Origin: Tetramitus jugosus
Taxonomy: Eukaryota > Protista > Heterolobosea
Length of the DNA stretch: 64,000 nucleotides
NCBI GenBank assembly: GCA_937625935.1
Contig: OW569356.1
Coordinates: 186,001 to 250,000 of the forward strand
Direction: 5' to 3'
In this document: positions 23,699 through 34,362 of the stretch, piece after piece
Layout: the number at the start of each line of letters is the position of its first letter
Numbering within the stretch: the first letter of the stretch is position 1
Program-made: the position numbers and the translations under genes
Notes under the pieces: generated by a model
Database searches by the model: none
Told to the model about the DNA's origin: nothing
What the model saw: the letters and a program-made list of their open reading frames with translations, nothing else

Positions 23699-25678
23699 TT
23701 AATTTTGTAACTTTTGTAATTGGCGAGCCAGGTAAATGTAATCCGGGTAGTCGGAGAGAAATGGTTGGTCAATTGCACGACCAAATCGATCCTTCATATC
23801 AAATGAGAGTATTCCCTTTGACATCTTCTTAGTCAGTTTGAGATAGGATGCCGCATAGCTCGGGCATGCTACATGTACAAGATCTCGATCAAGATCATCG
23901 ATTGACACATTTCTGATCGATATGTCAAGCAAGTTATAGAATGGTATGCCAAATTTTCGGAATCTGTACTGGAGAGTCGAGGAATAGGCGAAGCACATCA
24001 TTTCATTGATGAATCGAGCAGCTATCTCTGTGTTCAGAATTGTCTGACGTACTTGACGCTTGGATAGATAGAAATGTGCCAATCGAATTCCAGAAGAATG
24101 ACTTGCTGTGATATTGGGATTCAATGCTCCTATTCCCATAATCCTGAACATGTCACTAAATTGCAGCGAGGTTCCATTCTCAGCAAAGAACTCGACTCTC
24201 ACACCAGCAGGGGGTATCATGACAAAATCTACTGGCGTGTGAGTGTTGTTATGTCCACAGTGATCAGAGTGATTTTTCAATTCAAGGTTAATTTCCTCGA
24301 GAAGAGCATCAGCCACTAAGTGAGACACTTCCAAGATACTGCTTGGTTTCTTGTGTAATACGCCCAACTTGGTATCATATGAAAATCCCATTTCACTCAA
24401 GAATGTTTTGTCAATAATTTTCTTGTACAGTGTAATCTTCTGCAACATTTCTTGATCATACAGCGTCGCGGCATTGATAGGAATTCGGGGAGGCAAAACA
24501 TGGCCATGCTGGGATAATCCAGAATCGATTTGAAAGTATTCAGGTGTTGGTTCCAATTCATTCAATAATACTAGCTGTTTAGTCTCGTAATCAAAAGAGA
24601 ATTGAAGAGCTCCAAGATTGATTCCATACGGACCAGCTTGAGCTAACACCGTCTGTCCTATTCTTTTCACATAGACACTGTGAGTATGAGAACTAATGTG
24701 TACATCTACTGCTCTCTTGTCCCATCTTTGTAATGACCGTATAATTCTCTCGTCTTCGTCCTCACCAGAGTGGTTCAAGAGAACAATTACATCTGGCTCA
24801 TGTTTGCTTTTGATTTCGGATATTCGATCTCGAATTGATTTTACCAACTCACTAAAATTTTCACTTGGATGAGAGCCATAAAAGTGAGTGCACTTACGGG
24901 ATACGGCTGACGTTTGTGCCGCATTGATAGAAAATACGCCCAGGACCGCTACTTTAACAACGCGTTCCGAACTGGCCGACGCTTTCAATTCTCTCAGAAT
25001 ATAGGGCGTTAAGTACACTCCGTTTGTTGGAGAATCGTGCTCTGCAATATTGCAATCATTCACTCGCTTGCCCAAAAGTTGTTGAGCAGCTCGCGTGGGA
25101 ACATAGCTCACATTACAGTTCTCATGATAATCATCCCGAAGCTTACATCCTTCATCAAAGTAAATATTGGAGGACAAGATGGGCAATTGAATTCCGTTGC
25201 GATTCGCTTTTTGAATCATGTAGCTCAAACCTTCTTCATTTCCATCAAATTCATGATTCCCCAGCACAGTCGCATCGTACAAGCTATCACTCAAGAATTG
25301 AAACTCTGGCACAAGATCCGGATACATGTAACTCACTTGAATCAAATGAAACAGGGTACCACTGTTCCAATCACCAGCGTCCACAGTCAACGTAGCAAAC
25401 GGGTTCAACTTGTTCTGCAGTGACGTAATGGCGTACTTGAGACGTGCAAAATGACCTCTGGCCTCATGATAGATTGTGTCTGGTCCAACGCCTTGAAACT
25501 GAGAGTGAAGATCACTGGTGTGCAATATTGTAAACCTGAGGGATTTTTCCATGTTGTTGTTCGATGATGATGAGGGAGTCAACTTGGCTTGTAAAGTAGC
25601 TTCATCTTGAAGGAAAAAGAATAGAACAATGGACAGCACGACAGATGTCAAGATCAGGAATCTGTTATTTGAGGTCAT
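23699..25678 (-). CDS. 5'-nucleotidase/apyrase-family metallophosphoesterase with N-terminal anchor
   Basis: LHTSDLHS, DAGD, LGNHEFD, HSG and SSHTH metal motifs; hydrophobic N-terminus. Confidence 0.85.
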   Translation of the reverse strand: MTSNNRFLILTSVVLSIVLFFFLQDEATLQAKLTPSSSSNNNMEKSLRFTILHTSDLHSQFQGVGPDTIYHEARGHFARLKYAITSLQNKLNPFATLTVDAGDWNSGTLFHLIQVSYMYPDLVPEFQFLSDSLYDATVLGNHEFDGNEEGLSYMIQKANRNGIQLPILSSNIYFDEGCKLRDDYHENCNVSYVPTRAAQQLLGKRVNDCNIAEHDSPTNGVYLTPYILRELKASASSERVVKVAVLGVFSINAAQTSAVSRKCTHFYGSHPSENFSELVKSIRDRISEIKSKHEPDVIVLLNHSGEDEDERIIRSLQRWDKRAVDVHISSHTHSVYVKRIGQTVLAQAGPYGINLGALQFSFDYETKQLVLLNELEPTPEYFQIDSGLSQHGHVLPPRIPINAATLYDQEMLQKITLYKKIIDKTFLSEMGFSYDTKLGVLHKKPSSILEVSHLVADALLEEINLELKNHSDHCGHNNTHTPVDFVMIPPAGVRVEFFAENGTSLQFSDMFRIMGIGALNPNITASHSSGIRLAHFYLSKRQVRQTILNTEIAARFINEMMCFAYSSTLQYRFRKFGIPFYNLLDISIRNVSIDDLDRDLVHVACPSYAASYLKLTKKMSKGILSFDMKDRFGRAIDQPFLSDYPDYIYLARQLQKLQN

Positions 25679-26028
25679 TGATAAATTAAAAGTGATCGCT
25701 GTGTGTCTTGTTTGCTTTCTCTCCAAAGGTTCCGTTGTTTGAGTTTCCAAAGAAACAACGAAAAAATCCAATCTTCCGTTCTGCTGGGTATTCTTTTTTC
25801 CGGTGGGTGGCTTTGAATTCCATCCTTGTGTGAATACCTTTCTTCATAGGAGGCATAGGAGAGATAATACTGCTGCCAAGCAATCGAAATCTTGCATCGT
25901 TGACACTGACCCGCGTTTTTTTCTTTTTGTGGTTTTTCACGCGGAAGCGAACCCGATCACAAAAGGAATTCACACAAACAAAACAATAATAATAAATAAT
26001 ACGTATTATTGATATCAGAAACATTGCA

Positions 26029-27395
26029 ATGACAGAAGTAAGTTCTACCGTCGGATGGATCTGTGTCTTGGGTGCAATCCTATCGTGGGGATGTTTCTCT
26101 ATCCCGTTGAAAATAAAGCCCGTGCAGAGAGCCAATGTCGATCCACTCATATTTCAAATGTATCAATCGATTGCCATTTTTGCAACGAGTTGGCTCGTAT
26201 TGACCTACAACAAGTTTGCATTTACGTATTATGGGATTATCGGAGCTGGTAAGTGGCTTGTGTTTTGTGTTGGTTGTTGTTCTTGTTGTTGTTGGTTTTG
26301 TTTGAGAAGCTTTTGTGTGTTCTTTGTTGACAATGACGATGAATAACACACTCATTGATGATTGTCAAAGCCATTTGGGTTCCAGCAAATTTGTTTTCCA
26401 TTGTGGCAATCAAGACAATTGGTATTTCGGTGGCTGTTGGTGCATGGTCCGGTATCATCATCTTGGTTTCTTTCCTGTGGGGTGCTGTCATCTTTAAAGA
26501 CCCCGTGAAGAATATTTGGTTGACATTACTGGGCTTGGTTCTATTGATTGCTGGTATTGTGGGATTGGCTCTCTGTCCTACTAATCCACCTGCACCTGAG
26601 GAGCCTGTTCAACAAGTAGTGGAAGAAGATGGGGAGGTTGAAAAGGAGGCAGAAAACACTGTTATGGCTTCAACGGATTCTGATCTTGCCTTATCACCCT
26701 ATGTTGATGAAGAAGGAGCAGTCGATGCAGGGACGCAACCAAATGTCTTGACACACTACGCAACAAATCCAGAAGAGATTCAAGCTACATCAGTGAAAGA
26801 AAGTAGAAAGGAACTCAAGGAACCAATGGTTAACATTGCCGATGGATTAGTAGACGCTGAGACTGGTGTAAGCATCTCCACCAAAGCTACTCTCACATGG
26901 AAGGAGAAGCTTAACAATTCCAAGCTCTATATCATAGGAATGATATGTTGTGTGTTTGTAGGTATTTTAGGAGGATCAATGATGGTTCCTGCAAAGTACG
27001 GTCCTGATCTTGGAATTGTTTATGTCATATCGTTTGGAACTGGTGTCATGGCTGTGACACCGTTCTTCTTTGTTTCGTACTATGTCGTTCGAAGTGTGAT
27101 TGCCCGGAAACCAGTTCTACCCGAGTGGCACTTCAAATCAGCACTCTTACCTGGATTAATATCCGGTTTGTTGTGGAACGTGGGCAATTATTGTGGAACA
27201 TATGCCTCCCTGTCACCTCTTGGCTTAACAGTGGGATATCCATTGACTCAGGTTGCCCTGCTTGTTGCCGGCCTCAATGGTATCTTCATTTTCAAAGAGT
27301 TGAGTGGTGCCAGAGCCATTGGACAATTCGTCATCTCTGCAGCTCTCCTGCTCATTCCCGGTTGTTTGCTGTTGGCTCTCTTTGGTAAAAAGTAA
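26029..27395 (+). CDS. TMEM144-like DMT-superfamily transporter (2 exons)
   Basis: Intron 26249-26370; WGCFSIPLK...DPLIFQ, GISVAVGAWSG, PGLISGLLWNVGN...GLTVGYPLTQ...IFIFKE; two 5-TM halves with an acidic loop. Confidence 0.82.
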
Positions 27396-27455
27396 AAATC
27401 TCCGTCAGCTGGTTTTCGGCTGTTCAGAAAAGTGACAACACAAAAGAATAACAAA

Positions 27456-28649
27456 ATGTCTCATCAACAACCGCTGCTACGACTCGATGACGAAGATGGC
27501 GATGATGACCACCGAATGAATACTGCAGTAGATGACTTGGGTGGCACTACTTTCCGTAAGAGGTCACACTCGTCTGCTTCGATAAACTTGATGAACATGG
27601 TGGATGACACTCCAGCGGTGGAAGTGAAGAATGATGTTTGTGAAGAGAAATCGGGAGATATCGACTTGGATAAAGATTTCTACCAAAAGATTGATCATTA
27701 TTTGTTGTCCAATCCGAATGAATTGAACGATCGTGTGATGAATGGTGATGGTGGTGGTGGTGGTGGTGGAGGAGGTGGAATGAACATGCGATTGCAATTG
27801 AATGGTTTTGTGCCCTTGTTGAATCGGTTTGTGGAGAAACCGTGGCAATTATGTCGAAATCCTCGTCTATTTGTGTCATTGTGTCTCCAGTTTTGCATCG
27901 TGTTGGTGTCGTTGTGTGCATTGGCTTGCGTAGGCTTCAAAATGATCTTGTGGTTGTTGTTTGTTGGCATGAGAGTGGCTACCATCGATAACAATAGTGA
28001 CAATGCACAACATGAACAGCACCATCATGGTCACGATTCCTCTATGCACATGTCTCCAGGTGAATTGATGTTGCATGAATATGCCAATTTGCCGCTGAGT
28101 GGATATGGTCTGGGGGTTTTCTTTGCTCCTTTTTATGCTGCATCCTTCTATTGTTGCCTGATTGGGATACCGTTAGCAGTTCTGATTCTTTTGATTCCTT
28201 CAGTGTTTCCTGATGAACGCTTTCATTGGTCAGACAAGATACCACTATGGATGAAACGATGTGCCCTTATGATTGACGTTCATTTAACCTTGAGTTTGTA
28301 TTGTGCAGCAATATGTACAGGATTCATTGCGCGAGCCAACGGTGGAACTCTGCGACAGCCGAGGAATCCTATTGCACCCACAACAGAGAGAAAGCAGAGA
28401 TCGATTTTGTTTTGGAATATGGTATTATTGTTGTTCAACTTGGTTGCTGCCATTGGATCATCCTTTCCTTTTACTTTGTCCAAAGGAAATATCTCTCTGC
28501 TGGTTTCATACTATATGCCAGTGTATTGTCTGGTGATACTACATTTGCTATGTGTGCCCTTGTTAATGCTACAAGCCAACAATACAATCTCACGGTTAAC
28601 ACCACAATCCGAGCGGGGCACATATGCGCAGAAGAACGACTTCGAATAA
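27456..28649 (+). CDS. Hypothetical multi-pass membrane protein
   Basis: ~397-aa ORF with several hydrophobic segments, a poly-Gly tract and a His-rich loop; family not recognised. Confidence 0.6.
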   Translation: MSHQQPLLRLDDEDGDDDHRMNTAVDDLGGTTFRKRSHSSASINLMNMVDDTPAVEVKNDVCEEKSGDIDLDKDFYQKIDHYLLSNPNELNDRVMNGDGGGGGGGGGGMNMRLQLNGFVPLLNRFVEKPWQLCRNPRLFVSLCLQFCIVLVSLCALACVGFKMILWLLFVGMRVATIDNNSDNAQHEQHHHGHDSSMHMSPGELMLHEYANLPLSGYGLGVFFAPFYAASFYCCLIGIPLAVLILLIPSVFPDERFHWSDKIPLWMKRCALMIDVHLTLSLYCAAICTGFIARANGGTLRQPRNPIAPTTERKQRSILFWNMVLLLFNLVAAIGSSFPFTLSKGNISLLVSYYMPVYCLVILHLLCVPLLMLQANNTISRLTPQSERGTYAQKNDFE

Positions 28650-28665
28650 AGACGAAAAAGTTAAT

Positions 28666-28738
28666 CTCCTCCAGTTGGGCTCGAACCAACGACCTGCAGG
28701 TTAACAGCCTGACGCTCTACCAACTGAGCCATGGAGGA
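28666..28738 (-). tRNA. trnN-GTT: tRNA-Asn (GTT)
   Basis: Reverse complement TCCTCCA TGGCTCAGTTGGTAGAGC G TCAGG CTGTTAA CCTG CAGGTC GTTGG TTCGAGC CCAAC TGGAGGA G: 7-bp acceptor stem, A box, GTT anticodon, B box; T5 Pol III terminator at 28655-28659. Confidence 0.97.
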
Positions 28739-28769
28739 TATATTGGATAAATTTTGTCTACAAACAGAC

Positions 28770-29465
28770 CCGTTCATCACCTGCGAAGTCAAAGTTGGTA
28801 TAGGGCCAAAAAGGTACATGAGGATTCGTGCCTACATGGAGCTGCTTGGTAAACCATGCGATGAAAAGTGGATTGCTCAAAGAGTTGTACGGCAAGAGGT
28901 CTTAGTGATTGTCAGTGACAGGGAGATTGTTGAGAATAACATCAGGAAGGGTTTGACTGATCACTTCTCAACGGAAAGGAGTGGAAATATCTCAAAGCAC
29001 GCGGAATGGTGGCTGGAAGCTGCATTGCAGCAAGACAAGGGGTGGAACAACTTTCTCAAATGCCCTTTTGGTCTCGAAAGAAGGGAAATGTGGTTCTATC
29101 ACCAGGTGAGGAGTGGAACTCTCCATACAAGAACTGGTATTCATATGCTGTACAATCCATTGATGGAGGTCACTTGCACACACTGTTGCAAAGCTCCAGA
29201 AACCATAGTGCATCTGCTTGTGGAATGTGAACCTGCAAGGGTAGCAAGAAGCATGTTGGTTGAAGAGCTGAGGGAGAAATTGAGCAAGCTGAGTTTGCGA
29301 GGCTCGATCAAGGTTCCCATATGGTTCGAGGATGTTTTATATGAAAGTGGAAAGATTCAACCACGTGGTTGTATTAAAAAAAAATCACACGTCAAACGCT
29401 TTGTCCGCTTGAGAAGTTGCGAAAGGAGATAGATCATTTTTAGAGATGATCTTTGGATTTAAATA
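28770..29465 (+). mobile_element. 5'-truncated non-LTR retrotransposon fragment (C-terminal zinc-binding region of the RT protein)
   Basis: Open frame with W...R...RSGTLHTRT...CTHCCKAPETIVHLLVEC, the CX2C...ETxxHLxxxC knuckle (zf-RVT) that follows RT in LINE ORF2. No RT/EN domain in view, and the only upstream ATG lies inside the tRNA. Boundaries approximate. Confidence 0.72.
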
Positions 29466-29513
29466 ATTGCGCATACAACGAAAAACCATACAAAGCAACT
29501 TCAAGAAAGCCTC

Positions 29514-30158
29514 ATGAACGAACCAAGAAGACCAAATCCCTCCGAAATTCCAGACAATGGTTCTATGTGGGGACACTTAAATCTCTCCCAGATTGGCTCG
29601 GTCATCAAGGGTCAAGAAGAGTTGCGAAACAAGGTGCTGGATTTTTTCCCCGATCTCCCTCATATGAGAGCGCAAGATGGGTCCTCGCGAAACATGTGCG
29701 ACAAGGATTTCTTCCAGTCCGCAAAGTTTGATTGTATCGCCACAATGGCTAGCAGGTACATCCCGACTCAAGCGGTTGAACAGAAGCTAGGTGGTTTCAC
29801 AAAGGGTGCAATAGCCAATATCTTGTCAGATTTCGCCCCAAAGAACGTGGAGGAAACTAAACAGGCTAATAATCAAGATCAGAATAGTTCACACAACTAT
29901 TTTGTGGACAATGCAAATTTCAATCATGGCAGTGCCAGTGATTCTACCCTCGGAATAACCTACAATCCAGATTATGGCATGAGTTATCAAGATGGTTACT
30001 CTGCTGCCGATCAGACTCCTTACCCAGCTCCTTACCCTTCCATGAATCCCAATACAGCACCTACAGACGACCAATCCCATCTGTCAACTATGAACATGCC
30101 GTATCCTTATGGACCAGCCTATGACACTATGGACTCTCTCCATTCTCCGCTGCAGTAG
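29514..30158 (+). CDS. Hypothetical protein downstream of the retroelement fragment
   Basis: 214-aa ORF with a Tyr/Pro/Asp/Asn-rich tail; no recognisable family; may belong to the element. Confidence 0.45.
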   Translation: MNEPRRPNPSEIPDNGSMWGHLNLSQIGSVIKGQEELRNKVLDFFPDLPHMRAQDGSSRNMCDKDFFQSAKFDCIATMASRYIPTQAVEQKLGGFTKGAIANILSDFAPKNVEETKQANNQDQNSSHNYFVDNANFNHGSASDSTLGITYNPDYGMSYQDGYSAADQTPYPAPYPSMNPNTAPTDDQSHLSTMNMPYPYGPAYDTMDSLHSPLQ

Positions 30159-30320
30159 TGCATGGTTTCAACAAGCATTGTTTGAAAGTTGAGCTATCAT
30201 TTGATAAACACGAATTAGAATAGGAGGACTAACTATCGTTGTACTTTGTTTCTTAAGTAACTCGATCATCCTCAGCCTCGACTCCCTGGTTTTTCGTTGA
30301 GCAGGTAATACAAAACGGTT

Positions 30321-32231
30321 TTATTGTAAATCCACCATTGAGCTCCTAAGACACATGACCGAATTAGTCATGGTTCCACAAATGATGTCATTTGAGAGAG
30401 AATGAGATGTGATGCTAGAAGGCCGAATGAAATGTTCTCGTCCACAATTGGTCGCTATCTTCATTGTTCGTGACTCACGATCAGCAGTGCTCTTGACCCC
30501 ACATAACAGTGCGATATTGGTATCGTCAAACAACTCAGGAGTGCTATGAATGCTCCAATCTAATATCGTGACAAAGTCATCTGAAAGATTGAGTGAAGGA
30601 ACACAATAAAAGGAAGTGTTACAACCTGGAGTTTGCACAAAACATCCCTTGATATTTCGAACAGTGTTCGTGTTATTGGTATCATTACGGACATCAGTGG
30701 TATACAGTTTTCTGATCGCTCCTGTGTGTAGATTGACATGTCCCACACGCTTTCCATTCCCCATAACAAAGGCAGCATAACCATAATTAGGACTGATGGA
30801 TACACAATCAACCAAGAGATTTTCTTGTTGGGACAAACTACCTCGAGAGAAGTGATTACTATTATTTCTCCCATGATTAATGCTGTTAAATTGCCCAAAA
30901 TCATCAATCTCTTCCAACAAAGGGTCACTATCCGTGGAACTAGGTCTATTCTGGGCAAGTGCTTGCTCCATCCGTTTCTGAAAATTGGTGAATCTGTTGT
31001 TATCACGAAGCAAGTGTACGTTATCTTTCATTTGTCCTTCGAATGTTCGAATCGATCGATGTAAATCTATTGTATTTACAGTGTTTTCGCTGGACCGTAA
31101 AAATCGCACATCGTGCACTTTTAAGTTTCCTTTCGTTGTTCCTGATATAACTAAATCTCTATCTATCTGAAGACAATTAATGCTACCATCAGGACAAACG
31201 GTTGAAGTATTTCTCGCCAAAGGAACAGATATCTTTTGGCGAGACTCGATCTGTTTAGCTGGCATACTGATAAACTTTTTCTTTTTCTTCGATCTAGAAC
31301 CAATGACTCCAACTCCTGATCTAGGATTATGAAGAGCTTGCATAGATTGTGCAGCAGGTTCCACACTATCAGCTGTACATCGAGCTTCGCTCTTGTTGGT
31401 AGAATTTTGTTTGTTCTTCTGTCGTAAATCAATCACTTGAAGATTACCAGATCGAAGACCACAAACAACAACATCTCTTCTCTTCTGATCCAAGAATGCA
31501 AAATCAAAAATGTCTGATGAGGCAGGAATAAGTGTATAGCAGTCCTTTAGCTCGTCGGTTGAAAGATTTGGGCGACTTAATTCGACTTCAGGTATTCGTT
31601 CCAAATCGTACAGAAGCATGTAGGATCTGTTTGAAAAGGAGACTAGAATATTGCTGTGTCCTCCCATACAGAAATTTGAATTCGATATGATTCCATGACT
31701 TGCTTCATTTCGTATCGTTGTTCTAATACCGCTGTTACTTGTCCTATTCGACACACAATTGTCTCTCTGCCACTCTTTTAAACGAAACACACGCACTGTG
31801 CCACTGTTACTTCCCGTGCAATACCACTCCTCACTTGGATCACTATTGACCGAAGAAACAGCGTCATAATATTGCCGGATATCATACTGCGAGACATCTG
31901 TTTCCGAATGAACATACAAATGCTGAAACATGTCCCTCTGCAATTGTTGTTGCAGATGAGAGGAATACCTCGGTCGTTGAGCGTTCATGCTTCGATGAAA
32001 CATTTGCATCACAATCGGAGGTTGCTGCATCAATACTGCCGAATTCTGATTGCTGATCCAATGAGGTGCTGTTGCCCATTGTTCTCTCCTCAGCACTCGT
32101 TTCATGGACATGAAAGTGTGCGGCTCTGGCGTGTAGGCAGTCGGTTGAGTGCTCGCAACAGGATGAAACATGTCATCAATCTTCTTCTGAGGCCGGTACA
32201 AGTCATCCAAAGTGCTCTGTTTTCTCTTCAT
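30321..32231 (-). CDS. WD40-repeat protein with DxR motifs (DCAF-like)
   Basis: TGSNSGTVRVF, CGLRSGNLQVIDLR, ISGTTKGNLKVHDVR; probable ATG at 32231 (MKRKQSTL). Confidence 0.68.
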   Translation of the reverse strand: MKRKQSTLDDLYRPQKKIDDMFHPVASTQPTAYTPEPHTFMSMKRVLRREQWATAPHWISNQNSAVLMQQPPIVMQMFHRSMNAQRPRYSSHLQQQLQRDMFQHLYVHSETDVSQYDIRQYYDAVSSVNSDPSEEWYCTGSNSGTVRVFRLKEWQRDNCVSNRTSNSGIRTTIRNEASHGIISNSNFCMGGHSNILVSFSNRSYMLLYDLERIPEVELSRPNLSTDELKDCYTLIPASSDIFDFAFLDQKRRDVVVCGLRSGNLQVIDLRQKNKQNSTNKSEARCTADSVEPAAQSMQALHNPRSGVGVIGSRSKKKKKFISMPAKQIESRQKISVPLARNTSTVCPDGSINCLQIDRDLVISGTTKGNLKVHDVRFLRSSENTVNTIDLHRSIRTFEGQMKDNVHLLRDNNRFTNFQKRMEQALAQNRPSSTDSDPLLEEIDDFGQFNSINHGRNNSNHFSRGSLSQQENLLVDCVSISPNYGYAAFVMGNGKRVGHVNLHTGAIRKLYTTDVRNDTNNTNTVRNIKGCFVQTPGCNTSFYCVPSLNLSDDFVTILDWSIHSTPELFDDTNIALLCGVKSTADRESRTMKIATNCGREHFIRPSSITSHSLSNDIICGTMTNSVMCLRSSMVDLQ

Positions 32232-32337
32232 TTCATGAAACAATGCTCTCAAATTGAATTTCCTAGTTTTTTGTTTTTCAACGGAAAAAAAACAGCGGGA
32301 AACTTTTCCGAACCAGAAAAACAGACAACACAAAACG

Positions 32338-33141
32338 ATGGACACGGACAACACGACAACAGACAGCAGAAGAAGCATCTACATTACCAGACATGGACAA
32401 AGAGCAGATTTCTTGGATGCTGATTGGCCTGATAAGAACCCTGACTGCAGACATGACCCTCCATTGTCTGACACTGGCATGGATCAGGCAGCTGAGCTTG
32501 GAGCGTTCTGTAAGCACAAGGGAATCACAAGGATTATCTGTTCTCCCTATATTAGGTGCTTACAGACTGCATATGGAGTCATCAAAGCAATTCATTCATC
32601 ATCGAATCAATCTCAATTGAAGATTTGTGTTGAGCCAGGATGTCAAGAATTCTATGACTCAGCAAAGGTGTGGACCGAAGATCGTATGCCTCAATGGTAC
32701 TTTTATCATGATAAGAAACAGAGTAAACCGACGTACGAGGCACAATTGGCAGATATTTTACCATTTATTGATATGACATATGTGCCCTTGTACACGGAAG
32801 ACAAGTACTTCTTGAAGCGAGGAGAACCAAATGAAGGCACCTTTGTGGAGCTCAGATCTGATTTGGAAGTGAGACTGACAAAGTTGTTCGAACATATCAT
32901 GCATGACACAGATCCACAAAATCAAAATGTTCTATTTGTGACTCATGCGGCTGGTTTGGTCTCGAGTGTTGAAACACTCATGCAGAAGAGGCATCCTGAT
33001 ATGAGAACTGGTGTCTGTGGTCTCACTACAGTATTGTTCGATCCTGAAACAAAGACTTATGAACTGATCACGAACAATGACTGCTCTTTTTTGAAACTCG
33101 GTGAAATGCATCACTGGATGTACAGTAAACAAACCGATTGA
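32338..33141 (+). CDS. Histidine phosphatase (phosphoglycerate-mutase-like) family protein
   Basis: IYITRHGQRAD, DPPLS..G..QA, SPYIRCLQTA, VLFVTHA. Confidence 0.9.
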   Translation: MDTDNTTTDSRRSIYITRHGQRADFLDADWPDKNPDCRHDPPLSDTGMDQAAELGAFCKHKGITRIICSPYIRCLQTAYGVIKAIHSSSNQSQLKICVEPGCQEFYDSAKVWTEDRMPQWYFYHDKKQSKPTYEAQLADILPFIDMTYVPLYTEDKYFLKRGEPNEGTFVELRSDLEVRLTKLFEHIMHDTDPQNQNVLFVTHAAGLVSSVETLMQKRHPDMRTGVCGLTTVLFDPETKTYELITNNDCSFLKLGEMHHWMYSKQTD

Positions 33142-33175
33142 TTGGTGAGCGGTATCGAACATGCCCATTCAAAAT

Positions 33176-34249
33176 TTAATCCTCCCTAATATTATAGGCT
33201 TTGACCAGCTGATCATTACAACAAAGGGCCATCAATCCAACCTCGTGCACATTCCAATCGAAGGCATTGACCCAATCTTCCATTTTCTGACTTTTGAATG
33301 AGCTAACATTGGCACCATATGATCGCTTTGAATCAACACTATCTAACGGTAATGCCTTTGATTCATCATTCGCTGGTTCATTGTTAAAATTGCTCTCTCG
33401 CATATCCCATATTCTTAACGTTCTATCGGTAGAGCACGAGGCGAGTAAGTGCTGCGTATGTGGACTCCATTGTACCTGATTAATCAGAGAGTAATGCGCT
33501 TGATTGGTAATACTCTTTGGTATTTTCATGTTTCTAAAATCGTAGGTCATAATACTGGAATCAAAGTTTCCCACTGCAAGCGAATGCTCATCAAACCGAT
33601 TCTGATCCAAACTCATTGCACATGTTCTCTGATGGATCCTATGTCTCTGCTGATATGTTTCGGTGCTCGCTCGAATATCCCATAGATATACATGACCGGA
33701 TCGATCACAAGAAATAATTTGTTGTGGTGAATGCGTACTGAACTGTGCATCCAACACTTGCGTGTCCTGTGCCAAATTCTGATTGTGATCCAACTGATTC
33801 ATCGGAGTGTCCTCCTGTTGCAACGTATAAAACAAATTAATGTTCTCATCGATGCCAGCACACAGAACATATTCGTGCGAAATAGGATCCCAGTCCAATG
33901 CACGTGAGGCCTTCACTGATTGACCATCCTTTGGCGGAGCTTGAAACCACTCTCTGTACATGCACTCTGAATTGTTGAGGTCAAAGAAACGCAAGACATA
34001 GTCATCACAGGAACACAACAATGTACTATTGTCACGGTGTGACCATGCGACTTGATGCAATCCAACATTCAATTGAATCTGATGTTCAATTTCAATTTGA
34101 TTATGAGGCAAAAACTCGAGGAGATAGAGGATGCCACTGATGGGTGTGTGACCTGGTCGATTACTCGTACTCACAGCCAACAGATTCTCTTGGAAAGGAC
34201 TCCATTCTACTCCATGAGGATTGTCTACCAGAGCTATGCCTACACCCAT
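33176..34249 (-). CDS. PEX7-like WD40 protein (PTS2 receptor family, divergent)
   Basis: GVEWSPFQENLLAVSTS...GILYLLE N-terminus; WD repeats VQWSPH..HLLASCSTDRTLRIWD. Confidence 0.65.
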   Translation of the reverse strand: MGVGIALVDNPHGVEWSPFQENLLAVSTSNRPGHTPISGILYLLEFLPHNQIEIEHQIQLNVGLHQVAWSHRDNSTLLCSCDDYVLRFFDLNNSECMYREWFQAPPKDGQSVKASRALDWDPISHEYVLCAGIDENINLFYTLQQEDTPMNQLDHNQNLAQDTQVLDAQFSTHSPQQIISCDRSGHVYLWDIRASTETYQQRHRIHQRTCAMSLDQNRFDEHSLAVGNFDSSIMTYDFRNMKIPKSITNQAHYSLINQVQWSPHTQHLLASCSTDRTLRIWDMRESNFNNEPANDESKALPLDSVDSKRSYGANVSSFKSQKMEDWVNAFDWNVHEVGLMALCCNDQLVKAYNIRED

Positions 34250-34362
34250 GTTTGATCAACTTCTTGTTTTGTCGGAGGATATTCTCTGTTGGTGCCCCAT
34301 TTTTTCGGGGTTGATTTTGCGGAGAAAACTTGAGCCGTTGGAAACGAATTACGAGAAATGAA

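Noticed and set aside
28731-28770. ATG start of the 233-aa ORF 28731-29432
   Set aside because: The ATG lies inside the tRNA acceptor stem on the opposite strand. The frame is better read as a truncated retroelement remnant than as a gene.
29430-29462. In-frame TAG/TAA between two same-frame ORFs as evidence of stop-codon reassignment or readthrough
   Set aside because: TAA, TAG and TGA all terminate ordinary genes in this window, and no conserved gene has internal stops.
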